From Octopus vulgaris (Eukaryota), in the NCBI GenBank assembly GCA_951406725.2, contig OX597816.1, positions 37,758,001 to 37,822,000 of the forward strand: a DNA stretch of 64,000 bases, given 5' to 3'. Both the position numbers and the translations under genes were made by a program. Every line of letters begins with the position of its first letter. Position 1 is the stretch's first letter. Under the pieces are notes generated by a model, which saw only the letters and a list, made by a program, of their open reading frames with translations, had not been told where the DNA came from and did not search any database. Below, piece by piece: positions 63,120 to 64,000 of the stretch.

Positions 63120-63740
63120 CTAACATTGTTAGTGCTTGTGAAAGTCTTGCGCAAAAAGAATACAAGCATACACATGACAAAGTAGCCCAAAACCTCCACT
63201 GGATACTATGCCATAAGTATGGATATGAGACCAGAAAAGGTAAAGGACAAAGGGGGGGGGACAAAAATCCTCTGGGAATTTGATTTCCAGACAGACAAAG
63301 TGTTAGAGCACTGAAGGCCGGATATAGTAACCTTTAGGAGGGACAAACAAGAGTGCCTAATCAATGTAGCAGTGCCAGGAGATCATGAAAGAAAGAGAAA
63401 AGTCTGATGAATATGAAGACCTGAGAATTAAGATCACTAAGATGTGGCAACTACGAGAGTCAAACATAAAGGTTATCCCTACTGTCATCGGAGCCTTGGA
63501 TTCAATACCACCCAATCTGAAAAATCATCTGAAACCTTAGAGATACCCTACAATATAGATGTATTGCAAAAGTCAGCATTACTTGGAACTGCATGCATAT
63601 TGCGTAAAGTACTGTCCGTCTGAGGTCCTTATTGTGATTTGACAGACAACACAATATCTTCAATCAAAAACCTCATGATATTGTATACTGTGCGACATCT
63701 ATAATAATAAAGATGATGATGATGATGATGATAATAATAA
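63120..63740 (+). mobile_element. R4/Dong-type (restriction-like endonuclease) non-LTR element 3' end
   Basis: HDKVAQ.LHW..C, ILWEF.FQTDK.LEH.RPDIV, V.PTVIGALD, LQKSALLGTA.ILRKVL*; tail of (TAA)/(GAT) repeats. Confidence 0.8.
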
Positions 63741-64000
63741 ATTCTTTGATTTCTCACTAGATCAACAGATGAGGAGACATCAATTAGACAAGTTACAAAA
63801 AGTTTGGTGGAAGTTTACATAGATACTGAATGAGAAATGAAAATGAAAGTATATATATATTGTGTACTAGATATACTTTCATATAATAAAACTGTTCAGA
63901 GAATAAAACCATTACCTAAGGACAATCAAAGGAACTGAAAATCATCAATTACTCTATCAAAGACATTACATGTGCCCTCTCCTGGCATCTTAATTTGCTT

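Overview
AT-rich, repeat-dense animal genomic DNA. The SINE, LINE and microsatellite repertoire suggests an octopus-type coleoid cephalopod (inference). Two host genes lie tail-to-tail. The last two coding exons of CCT5 (TRiC epsilon) are on the + strand (1-127, 2218-2342). A complete 12-coding-exon STARD3/MLN64 gene (MENTAL + START domains, about 440 aa) is on the - strand (55557 to 19088), and I assembled it by hand with consistent GT-AG phases. Most remaining sequence is transposon-derived: three tRNA-type SINE families, a young RTE LINE with many 3' tails and older relics, CR1-type and R4/Dong-type ends, a Neptune-type Penelope-like element, Helitrons, and piggyBac, mariner, hAT and Merlin-like elements. 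The most notable signals are: (1) five type-I hammerhead-ribozyme motifs from four sequence-distinct short elements beside (TA)n tracts, four of them in the sense orientation of STARD3 introns; (2) a C4HC3 PHD-like finger inserted inside the RTE reverse transcriptase; (3) recurrent snap-back hairpins and inverted SINE pairs that could form dsRNA, including a pair bracketing an in-frame 537-nt START-domain exon block. All comparisons to known families come from recall, not from database searches.
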